Source of the DNA: Phoronis australis
Taxonomy: Eukaryota; Animalia; Phoronida
DNA length: 54,061 bases
Direction: 5' to 3'
Assembly: GCA_002633005.1 (NCBI GenBank)
Contig: NMRA01000688.1
Location: 74,363-128,423 of the forward strand
Positions 13,220 to 25,592 of the stretch are shown here, piece by piece; positions within the stretch are counted from its first letter, which is position 1, and the number at the start of each line of letters is the position of its first letter. Both the position numbers and the translations under genes were made by a program. The notes under the pieces were generated by a model. It was not told where the DNA came from. It did not search any database and was given only the letters and a program-made list of their open reading frames with translations.

Positions 13220-14784
13220 TTAAAGGGAATTGGAAAAAATTAGGCTCGTACCTCCTGATGTAAGTCCAGAGATGACTGCAGCCTACTTCTTACGAATAGC
13301 ATCATTAGACAGTGATTTCTTCTGATGAGTCTTTTTCATGCCGTCCCACTGCTTAATGGGCTTCTAACCCATCATGACCCTGTGTCTCAAAAGGAATTTT
13401 ATTAATACAACTTAAGAGATTAAATAGCCTTTTGTATACCTGTTGCTTACAAACAAGCCTAAAATTAAAATACATTTTTCCATTATCGGGTTTGTACGTA
13501 ATGGGTGGAAGACCGTCTCCGCCGTTGTTGTTTTTACAATTGCGATACTGATGAGTTGTGAGGAAAGTCCACGGAGAGCCGCCTTTTTCAGACATGAAAA
13601 GGTGCATTTGTGGAAACTGTGGTAAGAACAACTTGACAGAACGTCTCTGTTCAAATTTCCTAAATTCATGAAAGTTGCACAGAAATGGTATCAGTTTGTA
13701 TGCCGCATGAGAGTGTGGAATCTCAGTGTGGAGCATGCAATTCAGTCGGGAGCCACACTTTGTTCGGCACATTTCAAAGAATCATGTTTCAACCTTGCAC
13801 AAAAGCGGCGTTGTGATGAAAGCCTCGCTACCTTGTAAGTGCATTTGCAAATTTTTATTAGTAACGAACAAACTGCATCCATTCTAGGGTGAGTGATGCC
13901 AAGCCTTCGACCCAGGCCCAGATCCACTGCTGCTACACCTAGGCTTGTGCACTGTGTTTAGACTGTGCTCATTCCATCATGGCAATAGTGAATACAAGTA
14001 ACCAAGGTTTATTGTTGCCTTTGTCAGTGATTAGTAAGTGTCTATTTTGTGAATGAATATTGACCACACCTTGGTTAAGTTGGTTGTGGCTTACTTATGT
14101 CTGCAACATTTCTCGTGCTTGGGTCGAGTTCATATGGCCTCAAAGCCGATGAAAGTTCGCTAAGTGGGAAATTGAATGTGTTGTCCGATTCTCCAAGTAC
14201 TTGAATGTAATGCCTGTATCCACTCTATGCTCGGCTGCCTATCACCGGGTGGTCAATAGGTTAATCTGTTGTTGAGATTGTGACTGAGGTTTAAAATTTA
14301 GTTGATGTAAATAAACTAAGACCAGAACTTTTGTTTTCCAAATATTTTCCTTATCAGATGAAAACTTTCTGATGATCTTGATTTTAAATATAATTGCAAA
14401 CTGAAATTGTTGTCGGGCAATACGATATAATTCATATAACAAAAACTCAATGCAAAGTCAATATTTTTTTTAAATTATTTTGAAATTTAAAAGTAATATT
14501 CAAATATTGTAAATTAGTGTAGTAAAAACATTAACTGATTTTGCAGCTCTTGGCAACCTGAGACATTACCTGCTTAATTAAGAAAACAAAATATCGTTAG
14601 TCATGGCACCTGAGTCGGCCAAAAAGTCGCTGAGGGAAAGGAAAAAGTGCAAGCTGTGCATTTACGAATGCTTGTCCAATTTTCCAGAAGAATATTGTGG
14701 GTGATGTGATTCAGTAAGCCTAAATAATAGAAACAATTTGTTGGCTTAGAATAATGATGTTAAATTAAATTTTAAATTAATGAC

Positions 14785-16095
14785 TTTATTGTTATAATAA
14801 AGGCTATAGGCCCATTGTACAAAAGAACAACGTGTTACATACTTAAGAGTACAGCAATCTATAAGGGCGTCAAAAAGCATAAAATACATTATTTACATTG
14901 GTTAACTAATTTAGCAGCATCACTTGTTGATATTAATCTGTTGAACTCGAAAAAAGACGGAAAATTCCAGTAATTTTATTACTTCAATATCATTTTTTCT
15001 CAATTCAGAATATTTGTCACAGCTTAGAAGGAAATGGTATTGACATCTTCTATTACATCGGGGCAGGAGGACACACTGTTTGCCCTATCCAAATTCAAGT
15101 GCCTGCCTACTTCAAGCAGGAGACTGGCTAGAGCACCAAAAAGTTTTCCAATTTGAATTCCATTTTAAATTTATTATAAAAACATAGTTTAGGATTACTC
15201 TCAACAGTTTGTCTCCATCCTTGCAAATAGCAATCCCTTATTCGCTGTCTAAAAATTAGCAGAAAAGTATTTTCACATACAACGCTTTGATTTAACCAAA
15301 CTTCTTGGAATCCATAATTTGACTATAAGTCTAACTGGTGTGACCCAATTTCGGGAGTGCCGATCATTTTGATCGTACAAGTTGTCGTAAGCTGCCCAGT
15401 TGAGCTACGATGAGGAGGCACTTTGAAAAGTTTGAACCAATACTTGATCATGGCAACATAGTACTTAGTGAATAATGGCAACTAACCACATTTGCTCAGT
15501 ACAGCATTGTTTGAGCATGAATTAGCTACACCCAACACACGTTTACTTTTTCTAACTAGTTGTATTCTAATGTCAGCCCGATATTTCAGCTCCATAGCAC
15601 AAGGTAGGGAAAATCATTTTATCAAATATCTCAAAAGCCACATGTGGTTGAAACATGGTCAAGCTTCTGTGTAGCTTGTCGACTGTAATAGTGACCTTCA
15701 TGGCTTGGGCTGACAGGGTCTGAATAGTCCATGATAAATTTGGCGTGAACACAACACCAAGATATTTGTAACTGGAAACCACTGAGTTTTCACCTCCAAA
15801 ATACCACATGTCGTAATTTATTAGGGGACCTCCGTTTCTAAACACCATAACTTTGGTCTTTACTAAATTTCCTGACAGAAGTTATCTAAAGCACACAGTT
15901 TAGTTAGATAGTAAGCACACAAGCCCATATCATCGGCACATGAATACTTTCTGTATCATAGACATTTTGAGGTAGAAAAATACCATCATCCTTACTAGAA
16001 TGGATACATTCTACAAAATTATGTAAGCAAAGAGGGCTCAAATACAATGTCAAAGCAAAAGATGGCTTAACATACAACCTTGCCTAGTGCTTTTG
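14785..16095 (-). mobile_element. 5'-truncated degenerate LINE (RTE-X-like) RT and C-terminal region
   Basis: Motifs occur in order: TRQGCMLSHLL, ADDMGL, NLVKTKVMVFRNGG, YKYLGVVFTPNLSW, PTLCYGAEISG, LLEVGRH, YHFLLSCDKYSELRK. Many frameshifts. AATAAA near 14785-14790. Confidence 0.85.
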
Positions 16096-16176
16096 TTTGT
16101 AGGTCTAGCCTGAAATGTGAGAATCACATTCTTGGTACTTTGTCTGGCAATGTCTATTAATCTGAAAATGAGACTA

Positions 16177-18402
16177 TCAGTTAACGTTAACAATGCGCTG
16201 ATACTTTCTCCGTTTTGAGTTCTTGCAGCCAATGGCGATAATAATTCCAGTGGCTATCAGCATTATTGCTGTGGCAGCTGATATGACGATGACCAGGTGA
16301 CCATCACACACGAGCCAGTTGAGTTGGTAATGTTCAACTGGTGTATCAACTAAGTAGTCGGGAGAAGTGCAGTTACCAACAAACGCTACATTCACTTGGT
16401 TGTATTTACTTTTAAGCCATTCTCTGAACGAGCGAAGTTGACAGTTACAATTCAGTGGATTCTGTTCAAGCCTCAGAGTGGTCAAATTATCTAGGCCCAA
16501 GAATGTCTCGCCAGGGACGAATTTGATTTCGTTATTCTGCAGATTGACCTCCTGAAGATATATATGGCTCGAGAAGGTGTCTTCCTTTAGTTCACTAATA
16601 TTGTTATTTATTAAGTACACGTGCATCAGTTGTTTCATTCTACTCAACTGTGGAATGTGGCTTACTTGTGTTTGTGACATGTCCAAGACACTAAGCTTGT
16701 CTAGTTGAAACTTTTCTAAGTCCAAATTCCGTAAGTCATTTTTGCTGATATTCAAGTGACGAAGTTGTGGCAGATGAAGGATGCCTTGCTCCTTGGCTTG
16801 TCTGTTAATGTTCTCTATGCAACTGGGGCACTTGGATATTGTCAGCATACCTAGCTTAGATGTGGTGTTGAAGCTTAAGCACACTTTGTACTGACATTTA
16901 AAGTTGTCAATGCGCAGTGTGCTCAGCCTCACTGTGTTTGTTATCTTCATATGTGCCCACTTGGGTAGCGTGTTGTCTGAAATATCCAGTACTTCAAGTA
17001 TATTGGCATTCAAAATCAAGCTACTCTTTCTTTGGACTTCGTCCCAGCCAAAGATATTTCTCATGTATAAACGTTTAAGTGTTGACTTGTGATCTTTTAA
17101 GTATCGAAGTACTGTCCTCACACTGTTTCCTAAGTAGTTGTTGCTCAATGTGAGGTCTTCGAGCCTGAATAGGTTCCTCAATGCAGAACTTTCTATTTCT
17201 GCAATGCCAGCATGGTCAAGATCTAACTGTTTCAGACTTGGCAGTCCCTGAAAAGCACGCTTTTTCAGCTTTGGCAGCTCACAGTCAGTCAGGGAAAGTT
17301 TTTTCAATTTAGGGATGCTGAACAGCTTGAGTAGGTTGTCTGTAACTTGGGGAATGGCAGTACCCCAAAGGTGGAGGTGATCTATGGAAGCATTTTTTAT
17401 GTCACTGAGTAGGTTTGCTATGGACTCATGCTTCAGAGGCTTGGTCTGATAGCCACCGATTTTCAGCTTTGAGAGAGTCACGTTCTGTGTTGTTGAAAAA
17501 AATCGAAATGCACTCGCATTGATTTTGGTGAGTGACTGTGATAAGTCGAGACTTAGTCTATGGATTCCTTGGTAAGTTGTGAAGTCGTTCTGTTCAATAG
17601 TTATACCTTTGTGATTTCGATTATTTTGTAAGTCGATATGAAGTTCTCTTAATTGCAGGACCTTGTCTGGTATTGTTAAGTTTTGCATGTTGTTGCAATT
17701 GAGAACTAGAGTTTTCAAGTTTGGAAAGTTAGATAGGTGTGGAATTTCTTTCATACCATTGTTACTTAAGTTAAGGAAGAGAACTGTCGGCATTGGTGGT
17801 AGACTTTGAAAGTCGATTGTTTCCATATATTGTGTGCTCACTGTGATGTTCTCAAGCTTTCTTTTTCCCATCAGCATTTTCTCAACGTTCAGTATGCGCC
17901 GTTGCCCTTTTTTGACATGAGAATGTGTTAAGATTTTCAGGTGCTTCAACTGCTGTAGTTTAGAGAAAGCATTATCTTCAAATCTGCTTCTTGCCTGCTG
18001 GACGAAGTAGACTTCAAGATTCAGTTCCTCCAGGTCTTCAACACCTTCAAACACCCTGTGGGTAATGTTTGTAGTCACACTACACAACGTCAATGACAAA
18101 CTTCGAAGCTGCTTGAATCTTGCAAACATGCCATTTACCATCTTCAACACTTTACATGGTCTAGCCAGTCTCAACTGGTGGATGTGGCTGGGAAGGCCAT
18201 TTAGCATTGCAGTGAAGTTGTGAAACGACTCGCACCTTTCATTGACATCGTTCTTAAAGGAGTAGCACCCAACAGCTGTATGGTATCTGTTGCAGAACAT
18301 CAGCGGGCGGTAAGGGATTTCACAATCCTTGTCGCTAAGTGACGTAACTGTTGGTACGATGGCACTCATACACACCAATATTAGCAGAGGTAACACCTTC
18401 AT
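16177..18402 (-). CDS. Toll-like leucine-rich-repeat type I membrane receptor lacking a TIR domain (741 aa)
   Basis: Intact ORF with a signal peptide (MKVLPLLILVCMSAIVPTVTS), many LxxLxLxxN repeats, an LRR-CT cap (NPLNCNCQL...CTSP...C), a TM helix (LVIVISAATAIMLIATGIIIAIGC) and a 15-aa tail KNSKRRKYQRIVNVN. Confidence 0.9.
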   Translation of the reverse strand: MKVLPLLILVCMSAIVPTVTSLSDKDCEIPYRPLMFCNRYHTAVGCYSFKNDVNERCESFHNFTAMLNGLPSHIHQLRLARPCKVLKMVNGMFARFKQLRSLSLTLCSVTTNITHRVFEGVEDLEELNLEVYFVQQARSRFEDNAFSKLQQLKHLKILTHSHVKKGQRRILNVEKMLMGKRKLENITVSTQYMETIDFQSLPPMPTVLFLNLSNNGMKEIPHLSNFPNLKTLVLNCNNMQNLTIPDKVLQLRELHIDLQNNRNHKGITIEQNDFTTYQGIHRLSLDLSQSLTKINASAFRFFSTTQNVTLSKLKIGGYQTKPLKHESIANLLSDIKNASIDHLHLWGTAIPQVTDNLLKLFSIPKLKKLSLTDCELPKLKKRAFQGLPSLKQLDLDHAGIAEIESSALRNLFRLEDLTLSNNYLGNSVRTVLRYLKDHKSTLKRLYMRNIFGWDEVQRKSSLILNANILEVLDISDNTLPKWAHMKITNTVRLSTLRIDNFKCQYKVCLSFNTTSKLGMLTISKCPSCIENINRQAKEQGILHLPQLRHLNISKNDLRNLDLEKFQLDKLSVLDMSQTQVSHIPQLSRMKQLMHVYLINNNISELKEDTFSSHIYLQEVNLQNNEIKFVPGETFLGLDNLTTLRLEQNPLNCNCQLRSFREWLKSKYNQVNVAFVGNCTSPDYLVDTPVEHYQLNWLVCDGHLVIVISAATAIMLIATGIIIAIGCKNSKRRKYQRIVNVN

Positions 18403-18429
18403 GGCTCTTGATGAGCTATGCTGTGTTTG

Positions 18430-18445
18430 CTGAAAGAGAATAAGA
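18430..18445 (-). promoter_or_regulatory. Splice acceptor of a 5'UTR intron of the LRR receptor gene
   Basis: The minus strand reads tcttattctctttCAG|caaacacag..., 27 nt upstream of the ATG. Confidence 0.6.
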
Positions 18446-18697
18446 TTTTCTTTAAAATTTGTGATTGCCTGTTAATATGTTGCATGCATGCTTTAACTTG
18501 AATGGTTTAAAGTCATTTTGTTCATATTCACCATACGACTGTAATTAACATTAGTAAAATGTCTCTCGTAAATAACCAGGGATCTTCTTGTTTACGAAAA
18601 TTTACACCAAAAGCAATTCCATTCCCTTTTTAACATTTCTAGCCTGCCACCCTGCATTCTGTGGGAGCGAAAATGTTCAAAAGGGACAATACTTCCA

Positions 18698-18900
18698 AAT
18701 TGACAGGTTGACATGCAAACAAACAGTGTTAGTTTGCAAATAGACTGGTTATTTGGTTGATTATTGACAAACAGCTTATTTAGCGAACAAAAAAGTTAGT
18801 TGGGTTGAACAGACAGGTTGCTTGTCGAACAAATATGTAAGTTCTGACAAACAGACAGGTTAGTCGTCAGACAGACACAGTGATTGAACAGACAGGACAG
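18698..18900. repeat. Degenerate ~20-bp tandem repeat (aacagacaggttag-like)
   Basis: Recurrent acaaacagac/aggttag units are visible directly. Confidence 0.55.
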
Positions 18901-19080
18901 AGGGCACTGTTGCAACTTGATAAGTTGTTGATGTCACGAAGTCATCGTATAGCATGAGCCTTGTTATGTGTTTAATGATTCTCGCAAGTTCTTTGTAGTG
19001 GTCTACAGAGAAAAGTTTCGTTCATCATGATAAAACTGTTCTCAATTTGTCATGGACCACTCTTCAAATAAGTTTATGTA

Positions 19081-20493
19081 CTGTATTCGCCGTAATAACT
19101 GCCCAGGGCACTTAGAAAAGTTTGGTTCAGGGGGGCACTTATTATAACCCAAGCCGGTTGAAACCTGGTCTCGAAAACGGGTGAAATCGGAAGCTAAGAT
19201 TCATCAAATTTGTGATCTGTGACGTATCTGTAATCTATGAAACACTTTCAACAAAACTGTGGTGCATTGCTGTCAAACTTTGCTGCTAAGTTACGATCAT
19301 TTTACAGAAAATTGTGCTGAAATCCCAGGGCGAAAACTTGCCGACTGACTGCCTCGAAATCGCCGTCTTCGATATGGCGACTTCAATGCTTGAATAAAAA
19401 TAGTTTTGACTCAAGCAAATGTCCTGAAATCATCATTAAGTTTTCTAAGTAGCGTCCCTAAGATTTTTTTTTGTTTTAAGTTCCCATAGAGTCTGGATTA
19501 ACAGTAGGTTTAAGTACAAATCTATGCAACATCGTGCCATATACATGTATGATCGGCAACACAGCGAGAAAAATGTCTGGACAAACACACATGTTGTTGT
19601 TACGTGACGTTTGTTTTGAAGTTCGTCAGCGTTTGTCAGTAAGCGAGCGCGTGTGTGTCACCAGAGTTCATTTGCCAAAGCAGAGACCATCTTTTGGCCA
19701 GAGCCAAGCAATCTAACGACCTAGATGTGCATTAATTGTGTCTAAAGAAATTTGCACAAGCAGTAGGCCTAAACCAGAGCGTTTTTCATTCAGCACTTGC
19801 CGGTCTCATGTTCTAAAAACGTTCGACATTTGTCTCGGTAAGGCCCATATTAGTCGCTGTGTAGCTGGATGGGTATGTAATTATCTGACAGTTATTCTTC
19901 AGTGTAAGGGTGTGTAAGCATTCACTGTCAGTTGTCATTTTATCAGATATTCGGCTTAAAAACACCAATTATGGTTAATCAAACAATCCATCTCAAAAAT
20001 AACGCAAACGTGTTTTATAGTATTAGAAATTGTCAATATTCAATTCTTACCGGTGCTATGCTACCCGTTTCATGAATGGATAGTTACCAACTAATGTCTT
20101 TGATGACAGGTTTATGTATGTAGCGCGTGCTTCCTGGCCACGAGCGTTTAACACCGAGTTATTTTTATTCATGAGACAGTCGATGTGTCTGACCATAGTG
20201 GGACACGGTCGTCGCGAAAGTACCAACGTTGTTGCGTTCTTTTTGAAGCGCTGCGTTACTTTGAAGTGTATAGTCACGGCTAAATACAAACGTAGCAGTG
20301 CCGCTGGTGGTCTAGAAGACCCATGCAAAAAATTTTTGATTAATTGAAGATGTTACTCTAACCGAGGTTTAGGACTGTAGGTACGTCATTGTTTGCATGT
20401 ACACGTTCATGGACTGGGCGCTTATTTCAGCAAAGTCTGAAAACGCGTGGGGGGCACTTATATGGGCATGGGCAGTTATTACTGCGAATACGG
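19081..20493 (+). mobile_element. Tc1/mariner (pogo-like) MITE, copy 1
   Basis: TA|CTGTATTCGCcgtaataactgccc ... gggcagttattactGCGAATACGG|TA. The interior is homologous to 25593-26744 (inverted) and to 39130-39398. Confidence 0.85.
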
Positions 20494-21671
20494 TAATCCT
20501 GATTCGTTTGTTTGTTGAAATGGTGGTTGATAAATTACAAATACTAGAACTGATTACAAGCCTTCAAAGCTTGATTTGACCACGCCACTCAAATAATTGT
20601 CCTTCAATAATTTCTGACATGCTGCCATGATGGATCTTATTTGCTTTTGTGATACATGTTTTACTGGTACAAGTTGACATTTTATAATGGTCTGTAAATT
20701 ACGTCAGCACTCAATGGAGTTCACCACATCTTCACATCTTCATCAAATTTGATGAAATTTGAGACTTTGTTATCTAGTATTGTATTTGCTGTACTGTAGC
20801 AAATTTATATACTGTATATACAAAACATTTTTATTTTAGGTTTTAAAAAGCATCATATTATACCACTTCAATCATTCGTCTGTCTTTTTCTCAGTGTTTA
20901 TAAAATGCCATAGAAAATATAATAGCCTCAGAATTATTCAAGTATGAATCTGTGTCGCAACCATTTTTCTCAAGGCGTCAAGATGTCACTTGATTGAATT
21001 TTGCAGTCATTTAATTTCATACTTGTTGTGAGAATCCATATTTATTTACAAAAACTGCAAAAATGCAGATTCGTTCAATACTTTGACATAGTACCCACAG
21101 AGCCTTCACATGATTTTGTTTCATATTAAATTATCAAGATATACTTAGTACTGTCTTGCTGAAATTTTGGTACTGAAATACTTGTCAGTGTTAAAATATT
21201 TGACATTTATTAGTTTCATGTGCGTTGCACTTGCATTGTCGGATTTATATAATAAGTGGAACATTTTAGCTCCGAGCATGGCTAATAGCTAAAACAATTG
21301 TTGATTTAGTTGTGCAATGAATTGAGCAGGGAATGAAATTTAAAAAGTTTGCAGAAATGGCTTCATATGATGTTTTGTCTGTGATAAATTTATGGTATCC
21401 TTATTGTGTTTTCTTACCAGGACTATTGTCCAGTTTTCTCCTTTTACCTCACAATTGATTTGTTCTATGTAAAAATAAGGGTATAAGAGAAGGTGAATGA
21501 ACTGTACAAGTTTGCAATCCATCACCATTGTTTTATCTCATGTTGCATACAGTAGTTTTCAACAAAAATTGGAAAATTTCGAAATTTGCACGAAACCAAG
21601 AATGAATATAAATTTCTATTTGGATTTCTTCTTACAACCAAGCAATACAAACTGAGAAGAGGATAGCGCCT

Positions 21672-23601
21672 ATAACAAGGTGTTCCATCGATGTGAAACC
21701 TCGGTGAAAAACAGATATCCCAGAGTTGAAAAAGGACTCCCACATCTTCAAAACAGCCAGCCAGCCCAAAAAACACAAACTCTGACCTTTAAAACAAGAA
21801 CCCTGTTGATGAGACAAGATACCAAAACACCACTTCCACACTTCTGTCAAACCATAGTCAAACATTTTTTATCTAAAAAAATAGTACCTTAGTTAGTAGC
21901 GTGCTTTGTGTTCATACCACATATATCAATTTCTCACTTTGATGAAAAAATAAATCTTCCTACCTATAGTTGTGATATGTTTTGCTTGAGAATTTTAGGC
22001 AACTTATGGCATTTGGCATTATTCCGCTGCTAAAGTTGTGGTGTGATTTTTTGCGTAAGCTTTTGGCGCCATGAAATATTGCGTCGCCTATTGGCCAATT
22101 TTTTCCCCAATTTTTCACTCGCTTGTTCTTCCATGGCGAGGTTGCGTACATGTCACAACAAATTATCAGAACTGGTTTGATTTAGTCACAATTTCTTTAC
22201 TATTTTAATACCAGCCAACCGAATTTCAGAACACTTTATACAGGTACAGTGATCTGCCAAAAAGGGTGAATACATAAGTTAAAAGATTCCAATTCCAAAC
22301 TCCATTTCAATGATAGATGGGGAGTTGAAGTACACTTTTTTGAGGGTAAGAACGGTGAAATTGGTGACTGTGCAAGTCTTTTGAGTGACTAATTCTCACG
22401 GTTCATTTCAAAATCCATAAATTGATTGCTTCGAAAAATAAGATACTCTCGACAAGTAAATTGACAAACCCTGAAATACGGCCAATTGTAAAGATATTTA
22501 AATGATAAAAGCATGAAAATTTTGAGACATTCGGTTGAGAAAAAAGTTCAAGTTTGAGTCTAATACTGGAATAAAAACTTACAAAAATTAGCGACGTTGC
22601 ATCCACATTTCATGGACTTCAGCTTGGCTTGTGACATTGTTATTCTGGCCAATTGGTAAGGAGCCTCAGTGCTCCGACAGTTACATTGGTGAAATGAAAC
22701 AGTCTATAAAAAATGCATATGTCTCAACGTCGTCATCCTAGTTATGGGGACACTTATGATTCGGCTATTTTTAGCCACCTGTGCGCCACGCGGTTTTGCG
22801 GTTCCAAGGTGGTTCGGTTAATTCTTTTTTTCTCGCTAAGCAGTATATATTTTGTATTTGAAGTTCCCCGAGAATGAAGATAAGATATTATACTAGACAC
22901 GTGTGAAATTTGTAAAAATGGCCATTTTTGTGAATAAGGTTTGAGATAACCTTAACTATGTGAACTTTGGCATTACCCAGCTCTTGATTCCCAGGAAAAT
23001 TCATCACCATGTAAATAAACAAGTTTTTGTGACCTATTATGATACATACATCTCTACCTTAGAATGCCTGTTTGTTTAGGTCAGCTTGACTTGTTCTCAT
23101 TACAAAACAAATATTTTTTGAGGGCAAGAAAGTTGAAATTGGTGGTAGGTCTTTTGCGTGAATAATTCTCGAGGACCATTTTTGAAAATATTTTTGGAGA
23201 AACTATTGAATAATCTGAAATTACCGAGATAACGTGTTGAGAGTATTAAGTTATTTCGAAATTCGCCCACAGACAAGCCGCTTAAGTTCTGCTGATAACA
23301 ATCAATTAAAATAAGTCAATATAAGTTACGTTTTATTATTGATAATTATTAACAAACAAATGCAGGAAACAGCTGTAAAGTACTTGAAGATGCTTTAACT
23401 TACAGTTTGAGGCTGCTGACATAGTCTCAGAAAATTTGAAAAATTGTCCGTGTTTCCTGTCTGATCCCGGGGATTCCTGTTTTAAAGGTCATGGTTCATG
23501 TTTTTCAGGCTGGTTAGCAATTTTGAAATTGCTGGGGTCTGTTTTCGACTCCGGGATACCTGTTTTCCACGAGGATTCCAGTTTCAATGAACACGCAGTA
23601 T
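21672..23601. mobile_element. TIR element with ~130-bp diverged inverted arms and nested repeats
   Basis: 21675-21805 matches the reverse complement of 23468-23600 (gaaaacaggtatccc...gacctttaaaacagga). There is an internal direct repeat (22335-22402 vs 23113-23172) and a segment shared with 25260-25380. Confidence 0.6.
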
Positions 23602-23707
23602 AAACAATTATGCAAATGTGTGCGCTTATGCCAACGTATGAAGTGACACATTATTTCAGAATTATACACATGTGGGCCTGCTCTCAAGCTCATAAATGTT
23701 TGAATTT

Positions 23708-23790
23708 GGACATGCCTCCTCTGAGACATACATGCAGTATCGCTTAGGACATGCCTCCCCTGAGACATACATGCAGTATCGCGCAGGACT
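23708..23790. repeat. 39-bp tandem duplication
   Basis: ggacatgcctc(c/t)ctgagacatacatgcagtatcgc occurs twice in tandem. Confidence 0.8.
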
Positions 23791-25592
23791 TCATGTACAC
23801 AACCACACAATTTTGCTTTTGGTAAAATTTTGGGAGGGCGACAATATGTGCAATTGTGCTGCACGTTATGTTGATTTGTGCTATTGTGCTATATGTGGAT
23901 GACGTAAACAAAACTATCACGTCACCGCATAAATTGTTAGTGGCACTCCACGCCATGTGTGGCAATATATGGCGAGAACGCTGACACAGTATTGTGGCTC
24001 AAGCAACGATTTGTGTCAATGTTGATGGCACCAAGGCAACAATATACGTCAAGCGCAAAAATATAACACAACACACGCCTCTGATAGATTTGAAGTTTGC
24101 ACTTTCGTGGAGATCTGGAATATATCTCAAATTCCTAGACAACACTAGTCGCATATAGTTTAGGAAACCTTGGATCAAAATTGCAGCAGCAATTAAGTGC
24201 AGGATTTTCTCAGCCAACATTTGAAACCAGCGTTTGAGGCCTACGAAATAATTTCATGCATCATTTTCGATATTGCAATTATAGGATTATAGTTTTGATG
24301 TTCTTGTTGGAAATAGAATCCTATCTTGATAAGGAAGAGAACATTGCAGTCTTCTGAGAGTCAGATGACCTCGTTGGATTTTCATTGTGGCCCACTAAAC
24401 AAAGGAAGTGCAGCTTCACCACAGACCTGCATTATAATCCTCATTTGCTCTAAATGCTTTGTCAGAAAAGCGTGTAACTTTGATGGCACAAATTTTAAGA
24501 TCCTCAGTAATGCAGTGTTCTAGTACTCACCTAGACTGTGTGATAGATTGTTGTGTGTGGCAACCTCAAAATTAACAGTCCTACTGTTAACCAAGGTAAT
24601 CAGCTAGATTTTTTCAAAGGCAGGACTGAAACCAAGTTTCGGTAGTTGACTGAAACCAAAACTTTCATTGTGGAAGCATAACGTTGCCCTCTGACCTATT
24701 GTTGACTCGTTGTCACTTGACACTGGCACTGTGTACAGAATTTTAGATATAGAAATAGGCACTACTCACAGAAAGGAATAAATTACATGAGCAATCCCAT
24801 GATTTTGTGAGGATACTCACAGCTGTTAATAATGAAGTATTTTGAAATAATTTTTTCTCACCAACCCTTGGATTACTAAGCTTTGTTAAATTATTGGATT
24901 GCCATGTGTTATAATATGCATTTAGTATCTTTGGTTGATGCAGAACAATTTTACGACAATAATTTAGCTATGTAGCAGGTTGCTTTTCTGTCCATTGCTT
25001 TGTTGTCATCACTTACAGCATTGTTGGTTGGTGATGGTTATGGTCGGACATAACGTTCTGAATTTTGAGAACCAGTTTTTTCCACTGAGTAACGGGCATC
25101 ACACTGGTTCTCTAAATACCGGCAGCTTGTATGTGACTATTGCAGTTGGTGTTCACGTTTTGGTCTAGATGTTTGTTGAGACAATACCTGGCAGGACAGT
25201 TCAACCTCACTTGGTTAATTAATTACTTCTTGTTTGTTGTGGTTTATCCATGTGAACTCCTCTTGGCGTTACCCCAGCTAATTCATCGCCATGTAAATAA
25301 ACAAGTTTTTTGTGACCTAATAATACATTCTGATTGTTTAGGTCAGCTAGTCTTGTTCTCATTCCAAAACAAATATTTTATTGTCAAGTGTTATTTTGAA
25401 ACTAAATGTTCTCTGGTCATCAAATAAATGGAATGTGTTTTGTCATTAACTAATTGCTTTCATAAGGAAAATTGAGTTTTCTTCACAAGTAAAAAAGCAC
25501 AATTGCACTTTTTCTGTCCTGTTGCCTTTCCCAGGTTAAAAATGATGAGATTATTATCTCACTAGCTCTTATATTATTGTATGAAGGGTGTA

